Shown in pieces: positions 1 through 10,709 of a stretch of 64,000 nt of DNA (position 1 is its first letter; the number at the start of each line of letters is the position of its first letter). The stretch spans positions 13,578,001 through 13,642,000 of the forward strand of contig JBHGNT010000015.1 in assembly GCA_043228905.1 (NCBI GenBank). Direction: 5' to 3'. The translations under genes were made by a program, and so were the position numbers. The notes under the pieces were generated by a model. The model was given only the letters and a program-made list of their open reading frames with translations. It did not search any database and was not told the DNA's origin. This stretch comes from Azolla caroliniana (Eukaryota > Plantae > Polypodiophyta).

Positions 1-267
1 TAGAGTTCTATCTTCTCTAATATCTGTGGGTATCTGTGGTTAATCTACTATGTGTCTATAATCCTTAAGAGCGTAGGCGTGAGTAATGGTGTGTGCGCTA
101 GCCCACTGTGTAAGGAGCTCGGTTGTAGCCGTCTCCCTTATACGTTTCTAGGTTACAGGAAGTATCCCACTAAGTATCACGCACAAACGCTACCATTCGT
201 TGTCACACAGTCACTTGGAGGTCTAGGTCGAAGGATTGACCATAGACCATGTTCCTAATCGGTAACA
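1..267. mobile_element. End of an unidentified LTR inserted into Gypsy A gag (runs off the window start)
   Basis: Ends ...GGTAACA at 267. From 268 the sequence is colinear with Gypsy A gag (compare 17663 onward). Confidence 0.5.
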
Positions 268-645
268 CCGAAGCGTGTCATCAAGCCCGTACCGCTCGAG
301 GAGCCGCGCTTTGAATTCCCCAAGTCTGGCATTGAGCCTGCACCCCGAGCACCTCTGCGTGGATGCCCGGTGTCGCTACCCGGGGAAAACCAACCAAACG
401 CCTCGCCTCCGGGATGTTCCTCATCACCATTTCGGCCATGTAGGCCACCAAATAACTCATGGCGTTCTTCCCATCGAACCGACATATTCTGCCGACAATT
501 GCTTCAATGGCCCTGTCAAGGGCGCCCATGCCCTCGCGAGCAATTACTATCTGATTGATTGTTGCCTCCATGGCTTCAGCGAACTCTAATCCCCTCATTT
601 TCGATTTCTCTGCCGCCTTCTTTCATGTCGGGTTCACCAATTTAA
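268..645 (-). pseudogene. Gypsy family A gag 5' fragment and leader (second unit of a tandem)
   Basis: ORF 281-598 (MRGLEFAEAM...GRFDGK-like) is colinear with 17180-17995. Trp-type PBS at 622-639. Confidence 0.85.
622..639 (-). promoter_or_regulatory. Primer-binding site, tRNA-Trp
   Basis: Plus strand TTCATGTCGGGTTCACCA matches the 3' 18 nt of plant cytosolic tRNA-Trp (..TTCACGTCGGGTTCACCA, recalled) with 1 mismatch. Confidence 0.8.
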
Positions 646-882
646 TGTCGTGTTGTTACGCTCATGTGTATGAAATAAGGCAGGACCATGGGGGCCCTGA
701 ACCGAGGAGTGTGAGAAAGAAAGAAAGATATATTAACGTCTTCTAAGGCCAAATTTGGCCCATGAGACAATTGGTTTACAAAAAAAATGAGTGTTTATCC
801 AATCATCAAAATTAAAATAAAAGAAAATAGCTTAAGTTGAGAGAGTTCTAGTAGTGTACAAAACTTTGCACTAAGCCTAATC

Positions 883-2531
883 TCATTTCCACCCAAGTCT
901 CTCAAAAAGAAGTGGGAGGTCAAAAGTTGTTGGTGTGGGTGTGACCCATCGTCCTGGTGTATAGAGTGCCCTAGCCATGGCTTATAGGCGGTGTAGTTCA
1001 TGTTCCCTTATTTTCTTTATTGCTTCAACATCTCGTCGAGTTCCTTTGAAACCCGGCATCCAAGGGCATTTGGTTCTTCTTTGATTTTCTGCTTCATCAA
1101 GGAAAAGCCCGAGTGGTGTAGGTGTGTCGACATTCATTGTCTCCCCCTGTTCCTGAAAAACTTCATTTGTTACATGTTGGTAAACATTAACAACATTATT
1201 ATCAACGTTTTGTAACTTATTCTCTCTGTGTTGTTTCAATTCTAAGATTTATCTACCTAATTTCTTTATATCTAGTGTATCTAATAGTTTAGGGAGGGTG
1301 GGAGAGGAACCAAGTATGTCTTGGTATTTTGCCCTTATCTCGGCATAGGTGGGGCATTTGCATGTAAAATGGTACTCATCCTCTATCTCTATGTGGCATA
1401 ACCTACATATCCTTTCCTCCCTAGGGACTCCATTAGTACGTCCATTCTCAATCTCAAGTTGGTGAGATGATATTCTAAGTTGACCAATGGCAACCCTTAG
1501 TGCATGTGGTAAGAATACATCTAGATATCTTGGCCGCATAATAAAACCTAACTTAGAGAAGTGCATAAAGTGTTCCTTATAGTACGGCATTTTAGATGGG
1601 AGTGGCTCTAGTGGGGTGATCCATTTATACCGAGTATAAATTTGCCATATTTCTTGGCATATTACTTTATTACGGTCCTCATGAGAGATTAAAGTGTTAT
1701 CAGTCGTGTGGTCGTACTTAAGGGGGGGGGAGGTTATTAATGTCTAGACCATTGGCAAGAAGCCAACTCACCATCATGCCATACCATGAGCTAGTATAGC
1801 CGGACTCATATAGTGCTCAAGAAGCCTTAAAAGCTTGATGAGATATTCTATCAAGTGGTTGGTTATGTATCCTTTGGATAAAGACTATAAGTTGAAAAAG
1901 TGCTTCTACTAACATAGGGGGTAGAGTGAACTCAGCCCTAATAATGTCATGTGGGATCGATGATTTGCTTCGGAGTTGGCGTGATAACATCATCACCAAT
2001 GGTCTCTCTAATTGCGTTCACATGAAAGATGGTAGTCTTGGAGCCCAAACTGCTCATGCATACATGAGAGAGGGAATCACTAATGAGTCAAAGAGCCACC
2101 CTTTAAAGTTCGTGGCTCTTGGAAGTATGCTTGGTGGCATTGTATCTCGAGGAGTGAGAGGTATGCATGTCCTCTTGTAAGTCTATCCTTCGCTGCTTGT
2201 GTCATTGAAAATTTACCTGAGCGGGCACTGAAAGTGACTCCGAGATAGACATATGATCCAACCACCTCAACTGGGCTATGGGAGATAGTTAGGTGACACT
2301 TAGAAGGCATTGGAATGGGTGGTTGGTTTGGGATTTGGTAAAGTCTCTTTGTATAAGTGTGCCAAGTTTCAGGATCTTCGATGGGTGTTTGTGGTCTTGG
2401 TTCCCGTAATCTCTTCCATGCAGTGGCACAATCGCTACACATGAGCATATGGTAGAGTTCCCAATATTGGGATGCCTCCCATGCTCGTCTCTTACAATGT
2501 GTCATCTTGCACATTTCTTTACGAGCTTGTA
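883..2531 (-). pseudogene. LINE ORF2 remainder: RT core deleted, thumb, CCHC knuckle and C-terminal extension
   Basis: Jumps near 2290 from the pre-RT linker straight to PVEVVGSYVYLG. CCHC in ORF 1249-1590. Stays in frame through two decayed stops to ...LLFERLGWK* at 883. Confidence 0.75.
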
Positions 2532-3713
2532 CTAAGGTAATACTACCACTGAGTTGCGATATGTAAGTTGTCTATGTAAGCACCTACAATCCTCATCATA
2601 CCATCTATTTTGTGGCATAGATCCTACTTTACCTTGATTGGAGTGTTTCGTGTATGGGAAACTGCTAACTGCTGCAGAGTGAAGGATGTGTGTGAGTTTC
2701 GTACTAAGGCTCTCTAAAGGTAGGGAGGGATCAAGGGAGGAGAGATGGGCTTGAACATGTCGAGCATATATGTCAGAGAGCTCATGTGTGAAATGTATTG
2801 TGATGTCATGGCGTGGTTGACTAGAGTTGGTGACGTTAGGGATATCGCATTTTAGCTTGAAGTATAAGAAACTATGGTCCGCACCAATAGGACATGGGGC
2901 CACTCGGAAGGAGTTAATCATCTGGGTAGCTTCAGGGCGTCCTATTAGATAATCAACTGTGCTTTCCCCTCCTCCATGTGGGAAAGATGTGAGCTTTTCC
3001 AAACTTGGCCACTTGGCTAAACCATTATATATGACCATCTGGTGCCAACTGCTAAGTTCGAGCAAATGATGGCCAAAGCTCGTGACGTCCGCACCTTGAT
3101 CCTTTGATCTACGTGTGGTGCCTATGTCTAAAGGATCGACATTTACTATTTCTAGGTTTCTATTCATTTGAAATATTGTGCATTGTCGGGATTGGGTTCT
3201 CGCATTAAAGTCTCCTACAAGGAATACTTCTCCTTGGGAAGAATATCGGATTATGTCATCCGATAGAGGTTCATATGGGGAAGGCCCATGTGGCACTCCT
3301 TCATCAACTAATCTCACCTCGCCAACCAGATTATAACGAGAGCCTTTCGGGGGGAAGTAACAAATGGCGAAAAATACTGCCTTGTCCTTGCTTGTGGAGA
3401 CTTTCACCCACATAAAACGAGCTTCTACGTCTGTGCTCAGTATTTCTATCCTATTATGTAGCTCCCTCCGAAACAATATTGCGACACCTCTAGATCCCCT
3501 AGTAGTGCATCGACGTGAGGTTTGTCTAAAAGCCGACTCCCAATGAAATCCTTCAACTCGTGGGAGTCCCCTATTTGGGCTTTGGTGTGTTTCTACTAGG
3601 CAAACTATATCTGATTCCTTTAATATCTCCTCTAGGCGGCCGGGGTGTGTCCAGAGTGCGCCGTTACAATTCCATAAGGTAATCGTAAGTGTGTTTTCTA
3701 TCACATGGGCCAC
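2532..3713 (-). pseudogene. LINE ORF2 apurinic/apyrimidinic-like endonuclease domain
   Basis: APE motifs WNCNG, CLVETH, VGDFNART, STVDY, ADH. Confidence 0.9.
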
Positions 3714-3745
3714 ACGACGTCAATTAGTAGTGCGATCATTTATGA

Positions 3746-4506
3746 TCACTCGCCCATCTCGATAAAAGGCGCGATGCCCTTCTTTACGAGTTTGCATAAC
3801 CTTTGGCATGTACAACTCTTGTGATGCTCAATTTGTATCTTGGTGAGGTCTTCATCGAGATAGATAGGGTCCCCACCCAATCCTCGAAGAATTGGTCTCT
3901 TCTTAAAGAAAGTGATTCTAGAGTCTAAGTCTTTAAATTGAAGAACTAAGGCTCTCTTCCTAGTTGTGTCGCGTCCGGCCCTCCAAGCTTTAGGGATAGG
4001 TAGGGTCGTTGTTACCCTAACATTTTCCCAAGTGTTTGTGCATCCTCGTCCGGGGATACACCTTCCTTGAGCCCAATGACACGCACATTTACACATCGGG
4101 TCTGACGCATTTTCTCCTCTTCAAGGGTGGTATTAACAATATTTTCATCTTTTATTTCTTTTTTAATGTTTCTTTTAACCACATCTACCCAACCCGTTTT
4201 TGCTAACTCTATGTTATTTTTAACCTCCTCTTTTATATCCTCTATGGAGGATATTTCACCATCTTCTCGGGATACCTCGATGTCATTAAGTTGTTGTTTG
4301 AGGTTTGTGTTTTCCTCTTTAAGTTTTTCTATTTCGACCTTGAGGGCGTCTTTTTCCTCTCTATCTTTTTTCTTGTGGGTTTCGGTGTCTTTCACCCACT
4401 TTCTCATATCCATCTCTATTTTTGTTAAACAATTAAACATATCTAAAAAGTCCTCCTTACTTATAGCCTCGTCTTGTGTATACTTATGTTCCTTTCGTTT
4501 AGACAT
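3746..4506 (-). pseudogene. LINE ORF1 (coiled coil + RRM-like), frameshifted
   Basis: ORFs 4012-4506 (coiled coil, NVRVIGLKE) and 3746-4096 (RAGRD...LVLQF...IYLDEDLT). Confidence 0.75.
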
Positions 4507-5396
4507 TGTAGTGTCAATAAGAAAAAAAGATAAAATAAATGGGTTCGAGACTTAGCCGAGTTTGTCTGTATGTCGCAGTCACATTGGCATTTTGCACGCG
4601 ACGAGCAAGCTAAAAGAACCCACAGAGGAAGGATGCGCCACCAAGGAAAGAAACACTGCACTCGGCAACGTCAAGAGCAAGAAAGAGAAGAACACGACGA
4701 CGGCGAGGACGACTACAACGGACGATGACGAGTGGCAACAGGTCGTCCAACATTTAGACGACAATTGACAGCAACAGACGGCAACGCGGCAATAGACGGC
4801 AATGCGGAAACAGACGACAACACGATGGGGGGGAGAGCAAGAGAGTGCAGCATGGTAGCAGGCAACGACGGCAGCACGACCGTTGTACCCAAACAAGAGC
4901 AAATGTGTCTATATTATAGAGCTTGCAATGTTACAACCAGCCAGCTGGTGATAGACTCAACACAAACGAACACACGCGCTAAAATACGTGGTGGAGCCTC
5001 TACCGGAAGCACGTGGGCTTACACGAAGCAGAGGCAACCAAACTAACCCAAAATCCTTGCAAAAACAACAACGATGGTGGAGGAGAGAGCTCGGTTCCCA
5101 GTCCGACAGCACTTCGTCCTCCCAAAATGCGCGATCCCAACTCAACTCTTTTCCCCTCCTTTTATAGCACAAGGAGAGAGAGCCGTTTACAGACTATTAA
5201 ATCACTGTTATTCTCTACCCTTTTGGACAGAGATCCTCTTCGATTCCCTACTTAAAGAATTCGTGCTATCTAGGATAATTACAAAACCATGTATGTAAAT
5301 ATATCAAAACATGTGCCCGTGTGTAAAGGTTGGTTCACGCACACCATCCACCGATTCCTCCTAGGGACGGTTTTCTCCACGACATCTGCCCCCACC

Positions 5397-6197
5397 TAAC
5401 CGTGCATCCTCTGGTATGCGCCAGAATAGACTTCTGCCGAAGAAGACCGGCCCGCGATTATCTTTCGCTCTCTGGTTCGCCACCCGCTCCGCATTGGTCA
5501 TCGTCGCCATCCATGCCCTCTAGGTCCGGTTCGACCTCATGCTGCTTCTTGAACACCTTGATCCTCTTGCCGGCCACCGGCAAAACTATTCTCGTTCCGT
5601 CGAGTTCCGTGAGGTGGTAGGTGCCGTTGTCGTTGGTACTTGTCACCGCATAAGGCCCGAACCACCTCCTCGCAAACTTTAGCATTGCCTTGTGCTGGTT
5701 GTTGAGGCTGTTGTCGTAGATCAGAACCCAGTCGCTTTCCTCGATTTTCCTCAGTCGTAGTCGGTGAGTTCAGTCGAATCGCCCCTTGTTCTTTGTCCTT
5801 GTTGCACACAGCTTCACCGTTGCTCGTTCCACGTTCTTCGGTCTTCGCTCGAGCTGTTGGATCCTCGCCACTAACATCTCCTCCCAGCTCATCTCATCTC
5901 TCCAGTCGGCATGATCGGCTTTTGCCTATACATCAGCTCCCCCGGTACGAACCCGGTTACCGAATTGTGCGTAGTTCGGTCTGCCCACAATCCGTAGGGT
6001 AGGAGCCGCAAAGAATTCCCGACTTGGCCTCTATAGGCCCGTACTAATGCTTTTAGGATTGGCCCGTGTCCGCGTTCCACCTTCCCATTTGCCTCCGGAT
6101 TGTACGCAATCGTGAGCAAGAGTATAACCCCTAACCGTTCAAACAACTATTCGGCCTCTTGTGCATCCAATTCTCCATGGTTTGGTACGATCTTTCC
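5397..6197 (-). pseudogene. Gypsy A integrase core end, GPY/F region and acidic tail
   Basis: YNPEANGKVERGH, LWADRTT, RWFGPYAV. Confidence 0.9.
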
Positions 6198-7069
6198 TAC
6201 GCGAACAAGAGAGGACTTGAACCAATAACCCCACCCTATGACTCTCAAATCTTACCATTTACTCTATACTAGTAATATACATAAAATAAAGCATACTTTA
6301 TATTACATAAAGGATTTGCTTCATGATATCAAAATAAAGTTGTATGTTATATTCAATAGTATTTTGAGACTCAAATCCACAACCTCATACACCAAAGTCA
6401 ACACACCTACCATTAGGCTAGGTCCTTTCTCTTTAAGATTATATTTTCATGTTTATTGTTATTGCATATATTGTTTCATACATAAAAGCTCAAATGAGTG
6501 AGATGTTTATCATGCATCACATGCATGTCTTGTACCCTCCAATGCATCATATGCATGGGGGCACCTATTTAAAGGGTGAAAGAGAAGATAAAAAAGGGAG
6601 AGGTATGAGATATCAATCAAATATATTACATAAGAGATACCATAAAATAGGGAAAGAAAGGAAGAAGTTCAACATAAAGGTGGAGCTCTAGCTTGGCGAT
6701 TGGCGATCGTGGTGGTCAACTCTCAAGAAGAGGGAGGCGGTTCAAGCCTTATCTTCATCAAAATATTGAAGTGAAGATTGTAGTGGTCTACTATCAAGAA
6801 AGAGAAGAGCAATTATCTTGTGAGACCAAGTTCGAAGGATCAACGACACTTACAACCACTTTTGTAACTCTTTCACCAAATAATTATAAATCTCTTTTAT
6901 TCCTTCAAATATCATTCAATATCCTATCTTGTCATATCTTGTTGATCTCTATGTACTCTATCTCTACTCTTTTGTCTCTTCCAACCATAATCCCATTGAT
7001 TCCTTCCTCACTTTCACGATATCTTTTGTCTACGCAATGCTACGCTTCTAGGCAAGCTACGCCACGACA
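6198..7069 (+). mobile_element. Gypsy B LTR, 5'-truncated, inverted relative to element B
   Basis: Reverse complement of 9640-~10503 and of the LTR at 15945-16965. Ends GCCACGACA at 7069. Confidence 0.95.
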
Positions 7070-9639
7070 GCGCGCCATGCGGAGACCATCCACTACTCGG
7101 CGTCGGCACGAATCTGGGTCGGGAGTGATGAAGGCCGGAAGACGAAAGACTCCGGGTTCTGGCCGGTGGTGCTAGAAGGCCTCGCTGGCGTGCGGTTGAA
7201 AAGGGAGGAAGCGGACCGGGCGGACAGACGGATCCGGGAGGTTACCGGGTGGAGAGATCCGGTCGAAGAAAAGACCGGCTTTGTGGAAGCCGTGTGCCAA
7301 AACTACAAAGTTCTGGTAGAAGACAAGCGTGCGGGAAAAGCAGGAGGGGCCGGACCCTTGTAACGGTATGAGACCCGATCCGGGCCGAAGCAGAATGACG
7401 TCGGTGTTGCCGGCACACCGAATAAAGGAAAGAAAGCCGGTTACCGGTTGAGCATCGAGATAGAAAGAATGACGGACCTGCGGAAGGTCCTGGAGGAACG
7501 AATCCTTGACAACAAGGTTGAGTTTCGCTGAGGGAAGTGCTTGGGATCGCCAAGAATGAATTCCATGACTCCAACGTGGACTTGGTGAAGCAAAAAAGGC
7601 TTTTGACAGAGCCGGAGCCAGAGAGGCCGGTGGAGGTGCGAACGACGCACCTAGAAGACATGGCCCTGGAAGATGAGTTGGCGGAAAGCCACTATTCAAA
7701 GCCGCACTGGGCAAGAGCCACTCCGAAGATCCCGGTTAGGATCGGGGACGTCCAGGAGCCGGTGATGGCATTAGTAGACCACGGTTGGGAGATCAACCGG
7801 ATGTCGATGGACTTGTACAAGAAGGGCAACTGGCTGATCAACAAGAAGCAAGGGTGGAAAATACGAGCGGTGACGTGCGCCACGGAGGAGCTACATGGGG
7901 CCTGCCCGAATGTGCGGGTGAAAATCGGTGATGTCGAGATCGACCAACACTTCTTTGTGCAGGAGACATCGTGGCATCTGGTGATACTCGGAGAACCGTA
8001 CATTACGACAACACGTATGGAGATGAAAGTGTTGGATAACGGTTCAGCGTATGCACGCGTGAAGAGCCAAGATGGACGACACTCCGTCCAATTCGTGACC
8101 GTGCGACCGAACCATGAGCGCAACCGTGAGACCCTCGGTGGCGAAAGCCAAGGGGATTTTTAGAGAGGTCCATCAAGGTGTGGGGCCATGATAGTCCGGA
8201 CACCCCGGAGGATCCCCACACCTGTACCATAGGTCGGAAGTTCTGGTTCTCCGATAGCGAAGGTTGTACGATAGCCGACATCGTTAGCTTAGGAACATCT
8301 CAAGATATGTGGAGTCCTCGCCCCCAATGAGGAAATTAGTGGCGCCGTGGAGGTGGTCTCTTTCGACGACCCTTAGGGAAATCTGGAAGGTGATCGAAGA
8401 AGGCCTCGGTGAAGATCGGATGATTCCGGTTAACTTGGTGGAAATGTTCGAGGTCATTACTGACTTTGGGGAAAGGGTCAGGTCAGATCGGACGGCTTGC
8501 ATGTATACACGGTACAAGACTGTGGACCGGAAGGTGAGGCTAGTCGCGGCACCCTTGCCGGAGGGCAGCAAGTTACAGATGAAAGGGGTCGCATCGGACC
8601 CAAGTCTACTGGATTCGGCCGGCATAGGACACTGGTTCACCAACATAACGTTACGAGAGCTCAAGGTTGGTGGGGTTGGCTTTGTACGGAAGACGGAGGA
8701 GGAACGGTTTTAGAGAATGCTCGGGAGGCACGGGAAGGCCTTCGCATTCTCGCCGGAAGAGATCCGGTGCGTGGACCCGATGGTCGTTGAGCTGATGGAT
8801 ATTTTTATGGTACCGCATGTGCCGTGGAATCTCAAACCGATTCAAGTACCTAGAGCTCACATCCTGAAGCTGATGGAGTTGTTGAAGCAGAAGGTGGAGA
8901 TGGGCATCCTCGAACAATCGAGTGCCCCATATTCTAATCGGTGGTTTACCGTGCCTAAGAAGAATGGCACGTTGCGCTTCATTCAGGACCTGCAGCCGGT
9001 CAATAAAGTGACCATTCGAAACGCAGGAGTCGGACCGACGATCAGTTTGGAGAGGCCTTCGCCAGGAGGTCGATCTATTCAGTCGGGGATCTATACTCAG
9101 GGTACTACCAGTTCCACCTAGCCGAGGAGAGTAGGGATGTCACGATGATGCGGACACCTCTCGGCTTAGTGCGGATGTGTACCCTGTTGTAGGGAGGGAC
9201 AAACTCAGTGGCGCACATGGTGAATGTGATGAACAAGGTGGTGAGGGACTACATCCCGGACATCACCATGCCATTTCTGGACGATATACTGATAAAGGGG
9301 TGCCCGGTGGAGGATAAGGATGAAATGGTTGGGCCAGACGGATGCCTGACATTCGTGGCGTACCACATTGACGACTGCGAGAAGGTACTGCAAAGACTAC
9401 AGGGTGCGCGATTCACCCTCTCTAGAGAGAAGTCGGCTTCTCGAGCAGTCAGAGATCCTTGTGGTCGGTCATTTGTGCAGGCCTTACGGCCGGAAACCGT
9501 CTCCGGCAAAGATAGAGGCCATCTCTGTGATGAAGGAAGAATGCAAGTCGGTTATGGAGGTGCCGAGGTTCCTGGGGGCATGCGCGTTCTATCACATTTG
9601 GATACCACACTACGCACACGTTGCGGAACTGCTCTACGG
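7070..9639 (+). pseudogene. Inverted internal segment of Gypsy A: gag C-terminus, protease, spacer, RT
   Basis: ARHAETIHYSASA (gag), LVDHGWEIN protease, YKTVDRKVR, SAPYSNRWFTVPKK, MPFLDD. Many stops and frameshifts. Confidence 0.9.
8154..8228 (+). promoter_or_regulatory. Putative -1 ribosomal frameshift signal (G GAT TTT + TAG + stem-loop) between protease and RT, family A
   Basis: Heptamer 8154-8160 is in phase with ORF 7537-8163. AGGTGTGGGG (8176-8185) pairs with CCCCACACCT (8214-8223). The -1 frame is open to ~8330. Confidence 0.65.
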
Positions 9640-10669
9640 TGTCATGGCGTGGCTTGCCTAGAAGCGTAGCATTGCGTAGACAAAAGATATCGTGAAAGTG
9701 ACGAAGGAATCACTGGGATTATGGACGGAAGAGACGAAAGAGTAGAGATAGAGTAAATAGATATCAACAAGATATGACACAATAGGATATTGAATGATAT
9801 TTGAAGGAATAAAAGAGATTTATAATTATTTGATGAAAGAGTTACAAAAGTGGTTGTAAGCGTCGTTGATCCTTCAAACTTGGTCTCACAAGATAATCGC
9901 TCTTCTCTTTCTTGATAGTAGGCCACAACAGTCTTCACTTCAATATTTTGATGAAGATAGGGCTCGAACCGCCTCCCTCTTGTTGAGAGTTGACCACCAC
10001 GATCGCCAAGCTAGAGCTCCACCTTTATGTTGAACTTCTTCCTTTCTTTCCCTATTTTATTGTATCTCTTATGTAATATATTTGATTGATATCTCATACC
10101 TCTCCCCTTTTGATCTTTTCTTTCACCCTTTAAATAGGTGCCCCCATGCATATGATGCATTGGAGGGTACAAGACATGCATGTGATGCATGATAAACATC
10201 TCGCTCATTTGAGCTTTTATGTATGAAACAATATATGCAATAACAATAAACATGAAAATATAATCTTAAAGAGAAAGGACCTAGCCTAATGGTAGGTGTG
10301 TTGACTTTGGTGTATGAGGTTGTGGGATTGAGTCTCAAAATACTATTGAATACAACATACAACTTTATTTTGATATCATGAAGCAAATCCTTTATGTAAT
10401 ATAAAGTATGCTTTATTTTATGTATATTACTAGTATAGAGTAAATGGTAAGATTTGAGAGTCATAGGGTGGGGTTATTGGTTCAAGTCCTCTCTTGTTCG
10501 TGTAATATAATATATTTATCTACATATATTATTTTTCTTTACATATATATAATATTATCATATGTGTTGTTAATATTATCTTTATATATAAAACATTATC
10601 AAATGTTATTTTAGTTATGTATTTATCTTATTGTAGACTTTTAATGTGAAGCTTTCATACTTCACGACA
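9640..10669 (-). repeat. Gypsy B 3' LTR
   Basis: TGTCATGG...TTCACGACA, adjacent to the PPT. Confidence 0.95.
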
Positions 10670-10709
10670 TCGACCCCCTCTAGACCTGCAGATCCTCCAG
10701 CATGTGCCA

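Larger units (their letters stand above)
715..4910 (-). mobile_element. Near-full-length, internally deleted LINE (RTE-X/L2-like) with (CTTT)n 3' tail
   Basis: Coiled-coil/RRM-like ORF1, APE endonuclease, RT thumb (YVYLGVTF), C-terminal CCHC motif (RICRLC...EDEYHFTCKC). Tail AAAGAAAGAAAG on plus at ~715-728. ACG-rich 5' UTR at 4560-4900. Confidence 0.85.
646..5384 (-). mobile_element. Gypsy A LTR split by a LINE (pieces 646-~714 and ~4911-5384)
   Basis: TGTCGTG at 646 and CACGACA at 5384. Both pieces align to LTR 18043-18674. PPT complement TCTGCCCCCACC at 5385-5396. Confidence 0.85.

Noticed and set aside
6238-7175. ORFs repeated three times (MTLKSYH..., MFIVIAY..., ..YYQEREE..)
   Set aside because: These are translations of family B LTR copies, conserved only through DNA identity.
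10479-10489. B-box-like GGTTCAAGTCC in family B LTRs
   Set aside because: No convincing A box at tRNA spacing, so it could be chance.
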